Virus record (IMG/VR): IMGVR_UViG_3300035661_000001
Coordinates: 62,001-126,000 of that record
DNA: 64,000 bases
Direction: 5' to 3' (one strand)
The position numbers were made by a program, and so were the translations under genes. Under the pieces are notes generated by a model. That model was not told where the DNA came from. It searched no databases and worked only from the letters and a program-made list of their open reading frames with translations. Below are positions 53,142 to 62,089 of this stretch, one piece after another (the first letter of the stretch is position 1; every line of letters begins with the position of its first letter).

Positions 53142-53963
53142 ATGTATATTTATAAAATAACTAGCTTAATCGATGGTAAAATTTATGTTGGGCAAACAAC
53201 TCGTTCTTTAGACAAAAGAATAGCTTTTTATAAAGCTGATATTTGTACTTACAAAAAAGGCAAATATAAAGCAAGATCTAAAATCATTGCTGCATTATCA
53301 AAATATGGTATTGAAAATTTCAAATTTGAAATAATAGATCAAGCAACTTCTCAAGAAGATTTGAATTCGAAAGAACAATTTTGGATTAAAGATACGAATT
53401 CATGTGATAGAGAAATTGGATTTAATATTCAATTAGGTGGATTTGGAGTTGGTAAACATTCTGATGAAACAAAAAAGATAATGTCAGAAAAGAAGATTGG
53501 TAAACCTGCATATAATAAAGATAAACAAGGGCTATCAGAAGAAAATGTAGGTAATTCTGTTTTAACTCAAAAACAAGCAAATAAAATTAGAGAAGAATAT
53601 AAGATTGAAAAAAGCTGTTTAAAATTAGCCAAAAAGTATAATACTTCTAAAACAGTAATATTACACGTATTGCACAACAAAACTTATAAAGACCCTAATT
53701 ATATTTTTGAGAAAATAGATAAGCCGTGGTATGTATATTTAATTCAATCGTCAAAAGACGAGACCATCTACACTGGTATTACTAAGGATGTAGATGCGAG
53801 ATTGAAAACTCATAACGAAGGGCGTGGAGCTCGATATACTCGTGGAAGAGGTCCTTTTTTTATATTAAAAAGTTTTCAAGTTGAAACAAAAAGCGACGCT
53901 CTAAAACTAGAGTATAAGATCAAACAACTCCCTAGAGAAGAAAAGTTGAATTACAATGAATAA
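53142..53963 (+). mobile_element. GIY-YIG endonuclease with two GIY-YIG domains
   Basis: N-terminal 'YIYKI...KIYVGQT' plus NUMOD; C-terminal YhbQ-like 'WYVYLI...IYTGIT.DV..RL..HN.G.GARYTRGR.P'. Confidence 0.85.
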
Positions 53964-54318
53964 AGAAGAGTACGATAGGCTGTATTCGCAAGCAATTGAA
54001 AAATTCAAAGAACTTCACGAGGGAACCGCATTTAATGGACAAACTGGACTTACCCTCGATGGTAAGCCGGTTTTGTCAGGCGTATATCAATTCCACGAGA
54101 CTCATGGTCTACCACTCGACATTATTTTTTCTTTGTTTGAAGAGAGAAATTGGGTTCCAGATTGGATAGATTTCTACAATAGTGCGCTCAAGGCGGGAAT
54201 GAAACATAAAAGGATTTTGTCTAAATTGTCGGAAGCTTTGACCGATTCTTTTGGTAAAGAGTGGGAACAAGTAGTTATTTCCAATTTGGATAAACGTTTT
54301 GGCAAAAATGCCGAATAA
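53956..54318 (+). CDS. Stand-alone fragment resembling the AlaRS helical domain
   Basis: 'LSG..VYQFHETHGLPLDII' resembles AlaRS 'LSG..AFKLYDTYGFP.DLT'. Confidence 0.6.
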   Translation: MNKEEYDRLYSQAIEKFKELHEGTAFNGQTGLTLDGKPVLSGVYQFHETHGLPLDIIFSLFEERNWVPDWIDFYNSALKAGMKHKRILSKLSEALTDSFGKEWEQVVISNLDKRFGKNAE

Positions 54319-54332
54319 CAAGAAAGTAAAGT

Positions 54333-55052
54333 ATGAAAGAAAATTTGACCTCTATTAATGTAATATTGGATGGCAGCGGTTCTATGGGACGGCTAGTTAA
54401 TGATACGATCGGCGGGTTTAATCAATTCCTGCAAGATCAACAAGCTCTTCCCGGAGAAGCATTATTGTCATTGACTATTTTCAACACCAAGCCAACAGTA
54501 GTTCATGACTGCCTTCCTATCGCAAACGTCCCTGCCTTGAATAAAGATGTTTATAAAGCATCTGGTGGTACGGCTCTTTTAGACGCTGTAGGTCTGACAG
54601 TCGACAATGTTGGGCAGAAGCTTGCTTCTATGAGAGAAGAAGATAGACCATCCAAAATATTGTTTTTGATTATCACTGATGGTGAAGAAAATGCTAGCAG
54701 CATTCCATCCGATGATTTTGTGAGAATCCTTGAGGATGTGAAAAGAAAAACTGCTGCTGGTAAAGGACACTACGGTGTTGGTACTCCTAAATTGAAATAC
54801 CCTCTTGAACGTATCAAGGAGATGATTGAACATCAGACTAGCAAGTATAATTGGGAGTTTGTCTTCCTTGGAGCCAACATTGATGCTTTCGGAGAAGGTG
54901 GTAAGCTTGGAGTTGCCGCAGGGAACACTCTTCAATATGACGCTTCTGGCGCTGGAGTGAGAGGAATGTACAAGTCAATTTCTCAAGGTGCAACTAGATT
55001 GCGCTCCCGCAGCGCAAAGTCATCCGGCGGATTTTTCGGAAATAATTCGTAA
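54333..55052 (+). CDS. von Willebrand factor A domain protein
   Basis: MIDAS 'ILDGSGSM', 'GTALLDA', 'IITDGEEN', 'FLGANIDA'. Confidence 0.9.
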   Translation: MKENLTSINVILDGSGSMGRLVNDTIGGFNQFLQDQQALPGEALLSLTIFNTKPTVVHDCLPIANVPALNKDVYKASGGTALLDAVGLTVDNVGQKLASMREEDRPSKILFLIITDGEENASSIPSDDFVRILEDVKRKTAAGKGHYGVGTPKLKYPLERIKEMIEHQTSKYNWEFVFLGANIDAFGEGGKLGVAAGNTLQYDASGAGVRGMYKSISQGATRLRSRSAKSSGGFFGNNS

Positions 55053-55141
55053 AATTCTGGACGCCTCGCACTCCCATCCGCCACGACAAGCTCGGCAAGG
55101 ATGCGACGACGCGATGACAAAAAGAAAAAAATAAAGCGGAG

Positions 55142-55169
55142 TTGACGATGACTGACCCATCGCTATAAT
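55142..55169 (+). promoter_or_regulatory. Strong sigma70-like promoter with A-tract UP element
   Basis: TTGACG-N16-TATAAT preceded by AAAAAGAAAAAAATAAA. Confidence 0.65.
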
Positions 55170-55189
55170 GAGGGTGTCGGACAAACGAA

Positions 55190-55215
55190 AATCTCCTCGG
55201 GCGACCGAGGAGATT
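55190..55215 (-). terminator. Intrinsic terminator for the minus-strand gene
   Basis: 11-bp stem AATCTCCTCGG/CCGAGGAGATT, T-run on the minus strand. Confidence 0.7.
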
Positions 55216-55240
55216 CTCAGAGAACGGACTGAAAACTAAA

Positions 55241-55591
55241 TTACTTGGTTAAACCTAAGTTATGTAGAACCAGTTCTAGTGCGTTGAACTTAGCGATAGC
55301 TTCAGCTAAACTTGAATCTTCTGATATTTGTCCAACTCTTTCAGCTTGAACAGTAGCAGGTGCTCCGTAGAAACCGATCCCTAAAGATCCGAAATCGGCT
55401 AATAGATGACCGCCGGGGGCATCATAGACTTGGAAAGATCCTTGCCAGCTTCCACCAGATGAAGCTTTGACTATCATGTCTCCGCCACCTTCGGAGCTGA
55501 TTATAATACCAGCGCCTTCGGGGTCAGTGACTTCTAAACCCGAATTAATTTTAACTGTGCTAGGTGAAGCGTCTAATATAATTGTTGACAT
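55241..55591 (-). CDS. Probable virion structural protein (head/tail fibre-like C-terminal motif)
   Basis: 'IGFYGAPATVQ...NAL...L..LGL'; AGGAG before MSTII. Confidence 0.5.
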   Translation of the reverse strand: MSTIILDASPSTVKINSGLEVTDPEGAGIIISSEGGGDMIVKASSGGSWQGSFQVYDAPGGHLLADFGSLGIGFYGAPATVQAERVGQISEDSSLAEAIAKFNALELVLHNLGLTK

Positions 55592-55702
55592 TTGACTCCT
55601 AAGTAAAATAAAATCCAATTAGAAAAAAACTAATTGAATTAAATTAATATGTAAATATACATAGCAATATCTTGATATAAATATTACTGTAAAACAACAT
55701 TT

Positions 55703-55776
55703 GTCTCTGTAATTCAACTGGATAGAAACGCAGTCTTCTAAATTGTGAGTTGTAGGTAGGAATCCTACCAGAGACG
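55703..55776 (+). tRNA. tRNA-Arg(TCT), non-canonical T loop
   Basis: GTCTCTG/CAGAGAC; GCAGT-CTTCTAA-ATTGT; A20; T loop TAGGAAT. Confidence 0.8.
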
Positions 55777-56186
55777 CTAGCTTCAGCCACCCCGAGACTA
55801 AGGGAAGGTTTAGTTAACAAACCATATGAAAATATGTTAGGTTAGTGTCTGAGGATAATTTTTCGATGGTTATTAAGATCCTTCCTTCTACTATAATTAA
55901 ATAATAAAACCAGGGTTTTAGCTTTCCATCAAAATTTTTCAATTGTAAGGAATTATATGAGTAATACCAAAAGAGATGTAACTCCTGGTTGGAATCCTTC
56001 AGATCCACATTGGTGTTACGGAAATATGACAGAAAAATACCAGGCGAGAGATAGGTCTGAAGGTAAATGTAAATCAAGTAAGAACCATAGATTTACAAAA
56101 GGCATAAAGAATACGAAGTACAATCTTCAACAAAAAATTGAAGATTTAAGTTTGGAAGAAGAACTAAGTTTAGTTTGAAATTTCGT

Positions 56187-56260
56187 GGTGTCGTGAGAGA
56201 GCTGGCGAACTCGGTGGACTGTGAATCCATCTTAGGCGGGATCGAAACCCGTACGACACA
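56187..56260 (+). tRNA. tRNA-His(GTG)
   Basis: GTGTCGT/ACGACAC with G-1; GTGGA-CTGTGAA-TCCAT. Confidence 0.8.
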
Positions 56261-56273
56261 TTTAATAAGTTAT

Positions 56274-56349
56274 CGCGGAGTAGAGCAGTCTGGTAGCTTG
56301 TCGGGCTCATAACCCGAAGTCATGGGTTCAAATCCCATCCCCGCAACCA
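56274..56349 (+). tRNA. Initiator tRNA-fMet(CAT)
   Basis: C1:A72 mismatch, three G-C pairs in the anticodon stem, encoded CCA. Confidence 0.93.
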
Positions 56350-56402
56350 ATTTGGTCTCATAAAAATAAATATGATTTATGAGAATATTTAAACATTTTT
56401 AT

Positions 56403-56849
56403 ATGAAAGAGAAAAAATGTTCAAAGTGTAAATTCATTAAACTAATTAATGAATTTAATAAAGCTACTAGACGAAAAGATGGATTGCAGTTACAATGTAG
56501 AGATTGTATAAAAACTACTGCAAAAAAATTACTACATTAATAATAAAGATGTACAACTTAAAAGAGTATTAAAACAAAATCGTAAAAGGTTACTATTATC
56601 TCAAAAATACATTTTAGAATATTTAAAAGCGCACCCTTGTGTTGATTGTAAGGAAACTAATATTCTAGTTTTAGAATTCGATCACAGAAGAGATAAAAAA
56701 TTGATGTTTCTAAGATGATTACATCGGGATACTTAATAAAAAATATCGCTCTAGAAATTGAAAAATGTGAAGTCAGGTGTGCAAATTGTCACAGAAGAAA
56801 AACGGCAAAAGATTTTGATTGGTGGCGTTACAAACTATCAATAACGTGA
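56403..56849 (+). pseudogene. HNH endonuclease with two homopolymer frameshifts; paralog of 30040-30435
   Basis: Reconstructs 'HPCVDCKE...LEFDH...IEKCEVRCANCHRRKTAKDF'. Confidence 0.7.
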
Positions 56850-56869
56850 TATAGTAGAGTTACAGATAT

Positions 56870-56943
56870 TGGGATGTCGTTCAACGGCAGGACAAATGAC
56901 TTTGAATCATTGAATGAAGGTTCGATTCCTTCCGTCCCAACCA
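56870..56943 (+). tRNA. tRNA-Gln(TTG)
   Basis: TGGGATG/CGTCCCA; AATGA-CTTTGAA-TCATT; CCA. Confidence 0.92.
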
Positions 56944-57024
56944 TTAACAGTTATTTTTCTATAACTATTTAGATTAGATTGTTAATACGCCCGGGGCATT
57001 GAGGCGAAAGTATCAGTGCCGCAT

Positions 57025-57097
57025 TCCTCCTTAGCTCAGCGGTAGTAGCGCCAAGCTGTTAACTTGGATGTCCCTGGTTCGATCCCAGGAGGGGGAG
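57025..57097 (+). tRNA. tRNA-Asn(GTT)
   Basis: TCCTCCT/AGGGGGA; CCAAG-CTGTTAA-CTTGG. Confidence 0.92.
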
Positions 57098-57130
57098 CTA
57101 TTCATATGGTAATATCATGATATATACCAT

Positions 57131-57556
57131 ATGAAAATGAAAAGAATACTCACACCTTTTAGAAAAAAGTATTTACGATTCCGTGTGTCGGAACAACGTA
57201 GAAAACTAAAACGTCAAGCAATTGAATATAAAGGTGGTGCGTGCCAAAAATGCGGATATAATAAATGTCCTGGCGCATTAATATTTCATCATTTGGACCC
57301 AAAACAAAAAGATTTTGGCATTTCAGCTCAAGGCAAAACTAGATCTTTTGAAAAGATAAAACCAGAATTAGATAAATGTATTTTGTTGTGTCAAAATTGT
57401 CATGCTGAAATTCATTATGAAGAAGATGATAAAGAACGTAAACGGCAGCAAGATGAAATAGATTGTGAAAAAAGAATTTACGTTAAAAAAGATATTTATG
57501 TGGAAGTAGCTCAGACGAGAGAGCGCGGCGCGGAAAGTGCCGAGGTCGAGGGTTAA
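57131..57556 (+). mobile_element. HNH homing endonuclease
   Basis: 'YKGGACQKCGY...L.FHH.DP..K.F...LDKCILLCQNCHAEIH'; reads into tRNA-Phe. Confidence 0.85.
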
Positions 57557-57575
57557 AATCCCTTCTTCTACACCA
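57500..57575 (+). tRNA. tRNA-Phe(GAA) with G33 and T loop TTAAAAT
   Basis: GTGGAAG/CTTCTAC; CGGCG-CGGAAAG-TGCCG; CCA. Confidence 0.7.
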
Positions 57576-57663
57576 TGCATGATATGTTAGTTTAACGAGA
57601 ACGCTTGGGAATTGATCCAGGAAATATTAGCCCGTACCTAATACATGTCACCAGTTTGTATAT

Positions 57664-57750
57664 GCCTTCGTTGAGCAGGTGGTGAGCTCAGTGCGCTGTA
57701 AACGCATCTCCCTTCGTGGATTAGAGGTTCGATTCCTCTCGGTGGCACCA
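57664..57750 (+). tRNA. tRNA-Tyr(GTA)
   Basis: GTGCG-CTGTAAA-CGCAT, long variable arm, CCA. Confidence 0.88.
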
Positions 57751-57890
57751 AGCTTTGAGTTTGACCCGTCTCGAATCGTTTAGATGATATAACGGGTCCC
57801 AGAATCGTCCAAGCTAGAGAGGAACAGTTCAAGAGTAACTAGCAGTATCAAAATTTTAAGCCCTGAACATGGCTGTAAAAAAGTTCTTCA

Positions 57891-57963
57891 CGGGAATTAT
57901 GATAACTTGGTAGTCTCGGCGATCTGGAATCGTCTTGTGTCGGTTCAAATCCGGCATTCCCGA
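57891..57963 (+). tRNA. tRNA-Pro(TGG), atypical loop
   Basis: CGGGAAT/ATTCCCG with A73; GGCGA-TCTGGAA-TCGTC. Confidence 0.75.
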
Positions 57964-58019
57964 CAAAGATTATGGTTCAAATCATAAAAGCACGACACGG
58001 ACATGATATATGATTAATC

Positions 58020-58439
58020 ATGATAACAATTAATAAAAAACAGTTTAGTGAAGATGAAATACGAAAAATTGTGGCAGAATCTCTTTCTAAACAAGAGGTA
58101 GCGGGAAAATTAGGATTTACATATTGTAATGGTAAGATTATTGGAAAACTAAAAAATTTATTTGAATCTCTTAGTTGTTTAACTGATCATTTTGATTCTT
58201 CAGCCAAGCTTAGAGCTAATCGTAAATATCCTAAAATCATAAAAAATTGCCCTATTTGTAATAAAGAATTTAAATCTTCTTTGGGCTCTCCAAAAGAAAA
58301 AATAACTTGTTCAAACGTTTGTTCTAATATATATTTTTCTGATGTTAGGCACACAGATAAATCAAGAGAGAAAGTATCAAAGTCTTTAATATTATATAAT
58401 AAAAGTATTGAATCGCACATGCCCGACTGGTTAAATTAA
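58020..58439 (+). CDS. Homing endonuclease-like N-terminal remnant
   Basis: HTH-like start similar to 21603-22103, 'CPIC.KEF...CSNVC'; no HNH core. Confidence 0.45.
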   Translation: MITINKKQFSEDEIRKIVAESLSKQEVAGKLGFTYCNGKIIGKLKNLFESLSCLTDHFDSSAKLRANRKYPKIIKNCPICNKEFKSSLGSPKEKITCSNVCSNIYFSDVRHTDKSREKVSKSLILYNKSIESHMPDWLN

Positions 58440-58690
58440 TGAAAAATACATTTAGGTACGGAAATGTTGATTTGTCTGAATGGAAATATTTAGAATGGTA
58501 AGTTGAAGGAAAAAAGTTTTCCAAAAATCCATTTGAATTTGAAATAAAATGGACACAAAAAACTGATCATGCCGGACTTTCTTTTACATTTTCAATATAT
58601 AAATTATTTTGGATAAATGTAAATATACATGATCGACGTCATTGGAATTATGACAAGGATACTTGGGAAAAGTATTGAATTTTTAATTAC

Positions 58691-58805
58691 GTTGTAATAA
58701 GTGTAATGGTTGCAAAGCTCCTAAGAAGTTATACATGTGTTCGACTCACATTTATCCCGGTGGATATAGCAAGGAGGGAAAAGGTTCGATTCCTTTATTA
58801 CAACA
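58691..58805 (+). ncRNA. tRNA-like RNA with a 49-nt structured insertion replacing the anticodon loop
   Basis: 8-bp acceptor GTTGTAAT/ATTACAAC, D-loop-like AATGGTT, CTCCT/AGGAG stem, canonical T arm; second T-arm-like hairpin inside the insert. Confidence 0.65.
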
Positions 58806-58809
58806 TTTT

Positions 58810-58883
58810 GGATCTATAACTTAGCGGCTAAAGTTACTGTCTCTTAAACAGTTTATCATGGGTTCGACCCCCACACGTATCGC
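58810..58883 (+). pseudogene. Degenerate tRNA-Lys(CTT)
   Basis: ACTGT-CTCTTAA-ACAGT intact, acceptor stem mostly unpaired. Confidence 0.6.
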
Positions 58884-59288
58884 TAATTTTTTATTGGATA
58901 TTTTCATGAATCGTACATTAATTGATCTTTTTGATTTTTTACCAACAGAAAAAAATACCTGCCATAGAACTTGAGTATGGTGATGTATCTTTTATTCATA
59001 GTGTATGGACGTTAGTTTTAAACGCATCTATAAATGAAGGTTTTGATAATCACGGATCTAATTTAGAAATTGAGAAATGGCAGGGCGGTATATCATACCT
59101 ATCGCCGAAACATATAGTAAAAATAATTAAACGAGATGCGTTAGACACACATGGGGTTAAAATTTTCATAGGTAGTGATCTGGAATCACAGCGACTACGA
59201 GAAGAAGAGATTGCGCGGTATGAAGAAGAAGAGAGATTAGAAGAGATTGCTAATCTCAAAGAACGTTTAAAAAGATTGGAATCGGGAG

Positions 59289-60016
59289 ATGACGATTGAG
59301 TTTATTGATCAGGTTTTAATTCAACGATACATTGATCGAGATAATGAGTCTCTAGCTTCAGCTGAAAAGGATTTATAGAACTTGGAATTCAAGTAGATAG
59401 ATTTGATTCTAAGATTCAATTAGAATCTTTACCATTATCAAAATCAATTCTTGTCTGTGGTGGTATCGGAACAGTTCGTCATGCATTAAATCTTGTTGGG
59501 TGTCAAGATCCTGAAATGATTGATTATCCAGAAGAGTTGTCAGAATTCTATGGACGAAAAATTTGGAGATCTACTCTTGGAGAAATTCGAGAATCTGATC
59601 GAGATGATTTGTTTATCAAACCAATAAGTCAAAAATTATTTATTGGGCATATACGAAGTAATATTGGATATCTAACACAAACGGCTCCTTTCGAAGATGA
59701 TTTGGAAATCTGGTGTAGTGATCCTGTAAAATTTATTTCAGAATATAGAACATTCATTTCTGGCGGACAAATTGTAGGTTGTAAACATTACAAAGGAGAT
59801 TTTTTAACTTTTCCAGATGCTGATGTTATTTATGATTGTGTAGTAGAAATGAGTCCGAAGTATAATACTTATTCTCTAGATGTAGGGATTACTGAACGTG
59901 GTGAGACATTTGTAGTAGAAGTGAATGATGCATTCTCTCTAGGTAGCTATGGTCTAGACTGTGTGACCTATGCTAAGATGCTGGAGAATAGATGGTTGGA
60001 GATTGTTAATTCATGA
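59289..60016 (+). CDS. ATP-grasp domain protein (DUF4343-like) with a -1 indel at about 59365
   Basis: 'IDYPEEL..FYGR', 'FIKP...KLF.G', 'SEYR.FI', 'LDVG', 'VEVND..SLG.YG'. Confidence 0.8.
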
Positions 60017-60600
60017 AAGATTTTTTCTATTTAAAAGAGGGATTAAATAAACTGAAATTATTGACTCAACCATACCAATTCAAATATCATTGGCACGATA
60101 AGCAAATGAAAATTTGTTTCAAAAGTTCTATTCTTCATTCTTCAGGCGAATGTGAATTGTGTTTAGGTCAGGAAAAATTGGTGGATTTTCATTCGCATTT
60201 TGTTGGAATGTTTATTGGTGTACAAGTAAAGGATGATGACAAAAAATATATTTGGCGTATCCCTAGTCCAGCGTTTAGACAGTTACAAGAAGTATCCAGA
60301 GGGCAGGGCGACCCAATTCAGTTTGAGTATGATGTGACAAAAGACAATCTTTTTACTCACGTAAACAAATTGAATAGTATAGAAAACATCAAAGATGAAG
60401 AGATATCAAAAAAGATTTTGCAAATGATCGACGCAATGTGGTGGTGTTTAAATAAAAAATCTGACCCACTAGAATTTAAAAAATTTTATCAAGCTTGCAA
60501 AAATCATAGTGACCAATTAGTTGATGAGCTGTATTCTACGGTAGAGAAAGATTTTCCTCAAAAGTTGGAAACATTAAAAACTTTATTACTTTTTTCTTGA
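60013..60600 (+). CDS. Possible gp32-like ssDNA-binding (OB-fold) protein
   Basis: 'C...GECELC', aromatic-rich strands, 'GDP...YD'. Confidence 0.35.
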   Translation: MKDFFYLKEGLNKLKLLTQPYQFKYHWHDKQMKICFKSSILHSSGECELCLGQEKLVDFHSHFVGMFIGVQVKDDDKKYIWRIPSPAFRQLQEVSRGQGDPIQFEYDVTKDNLFTHVNKLNSIENIKDEEISKKILQMIDAMWWCLNKKSDPLEFKKFYQACKNHSDQLVDELYSTVEKDFPQKLETLKTLLLFS

Positions 60601-60794
60601 GGCTGATATGTCGGAAGATAGTTGGGCAGATTATGATTCAGGACCGTTTTGTCAGCATTGGTCAGAACTATATTCATGTAAAGATATTTGTGTAAAATGT
60701 GATCATTATTGTCGTGATCATGGTGAAGAAGAAGATTCCAAATGTCGTGGAAGTTTATTTTGCAAATGTAAAAAAATCGTAGATAAATAAAATT

Positions 60795-61193
60795 ATGTTT
60801 AATTCAAGCGGAATTTTAAGATTCGACCCCAAAAAAGATACTAAGCATTTTACTCCTTGGTGGTGTTTACTAGAATGTGATGAAAATATTGCTGAATATT
60901 ACGCTTGGCTTCTCAAAAGATATGGACTAGAATCTAACTCCAAAAGCTTATGGGGCGCACATATTTCTGTTATTAAGGGCGAAGATATCCCTGACCCATC
61001 CACTTGGGGTAAGCTTGAGGGCATGGAAGTTGATTTTAATTACAATCACTTAGTCCGGTTTGAAAATGGAAAACATGCTTGGGTAGATGTTTATTCAGAA
61101 GACTTATCGGCGGTTAGAGAAATGTTAGGGTTACCATTCAAACCATGGTATCATTTAACAATTGGAAGGCTGGAAAGACCTTATGAAATTTAA
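60795..61193 (+). CDS. 2H phosphoesterase-like protein
   Basis: Two HxS/T motifs: 'AHISVI' and 'YHLTIG'. Confidence 0.65.
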   Translation: MFNSSGILRFDPKKDTKHFTPWWCLLECDENIAEYYAWLLKRYGLESNSKSLWGAHISVIKGEDIPDPSTWGKLEGMEVDFNYNHLVRFENGKHAWVDVYSEDLSAVREMLGLPFKPWYHLTIGRLERPYEI

Positions 61194-61577
61194 TTCAGAA
61201 CGAGAGCTTGCTAAATTGTATCCCGATTGTATAAAGATAATTCAAAATGAAAATGAAGATCAATATTCTGGCGCTAAATTTGTAGCCGCTTCTTTTGTTA
61301 AGATTGAAGATAAAATTGATATTCATTTTGTTTATGACATCGGTTCAGATGAAAATTATCTTTGGATTTGGGGTTCTAGACATGCATCGAAAGATAATTT
61401 CTACATTGATGAATATTTTGAGCTGCCAAAAAAAGAAGCTTTAAAAGAAGTAAAAATGTATTATGAAGAGTTATATCTGTGAGTGTGCATGTCATGTTTC
61501 GCGACATGACATGTGATTCATACAAAAAATTTGCGACTCTGATATAAAGGATAATAAATAAGTATTAAGATACAAAT

Positions 61578-61649
61578 ATCTCCGTACGCATCTGGCGAGG
61601 CGGGTAGCTTGTCACGCTACTGAGGCGGGTTCGATTCCCGTCGGAGGTG
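61578..61649 (+). tRNA. tRNA-Asp(GTC)
   Basis: ATCTCCG/CGGAGGT; GTAGC-TTGTCAC-GCTAC; G73. Confidence 0.85.
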
Positions 61650-61676
61650 CTGATCCTTAAATATTGGAATAATTAA

Positions 61677-62081
61677 ATGACTGTAAAAAAAGAGATGCGT
61701 AAAATAGCTGATATTTTGGGAAAACAACAAAGAGTTTTAACAAAATTAGCTCAGCAAGTTGTAGATACTAGCGTGCCGAATAGCGATCCTCTAGGAAAAA
61801 TTATACATGATGCTACGTCTGCTTGGGCAATTCAAAATAAAATGAGTGCCAAGTCTAGTTTTGAAGCCGGTGCTGATGGAAAAAATTACGAAGCAGATGT
61901 AATATTGAATATTACAGATCCTCGTAAACCTGTAGGTAATACGCCTGCGGCGCAAGCTACTCTTGAAAATTTTAAAAGAAGCTTTACGGCATTGTTACAA
62001 TCAACGTTTGCTAGAGAAGCTCAAAATTCTTTGTCTCCATTATTTAATAGTACTGCAAGATTTAATGTTACAGTAAGATAA
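61677..62081 (+). CDS. Hypothetical protein with 'TKLAQQ' leader
   Basis: Clean ORF between tRNAs. Confidence 0.55.
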   Translation: MTVKKEMRKIADILGKQQRVLTKLAQQVVDTSVPNSDPLGKIIHDATSAWAIQNKMSAKSSFEAGADGKNYEADVILNITDPRKPVGNTPAAQATLENFKRSFTALLQSTFAREAQNSLSPLFNSTARFNVTVR

Positions 62082-62089
62082 TAAATTAA

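Noticed and set aside
58691-58805. tmRNA or group I intron-containing tRNA
   Set aside because: No G3:U70 Ala acceptor or tag ORF, and the insert is far too short for a self-splicing intron.
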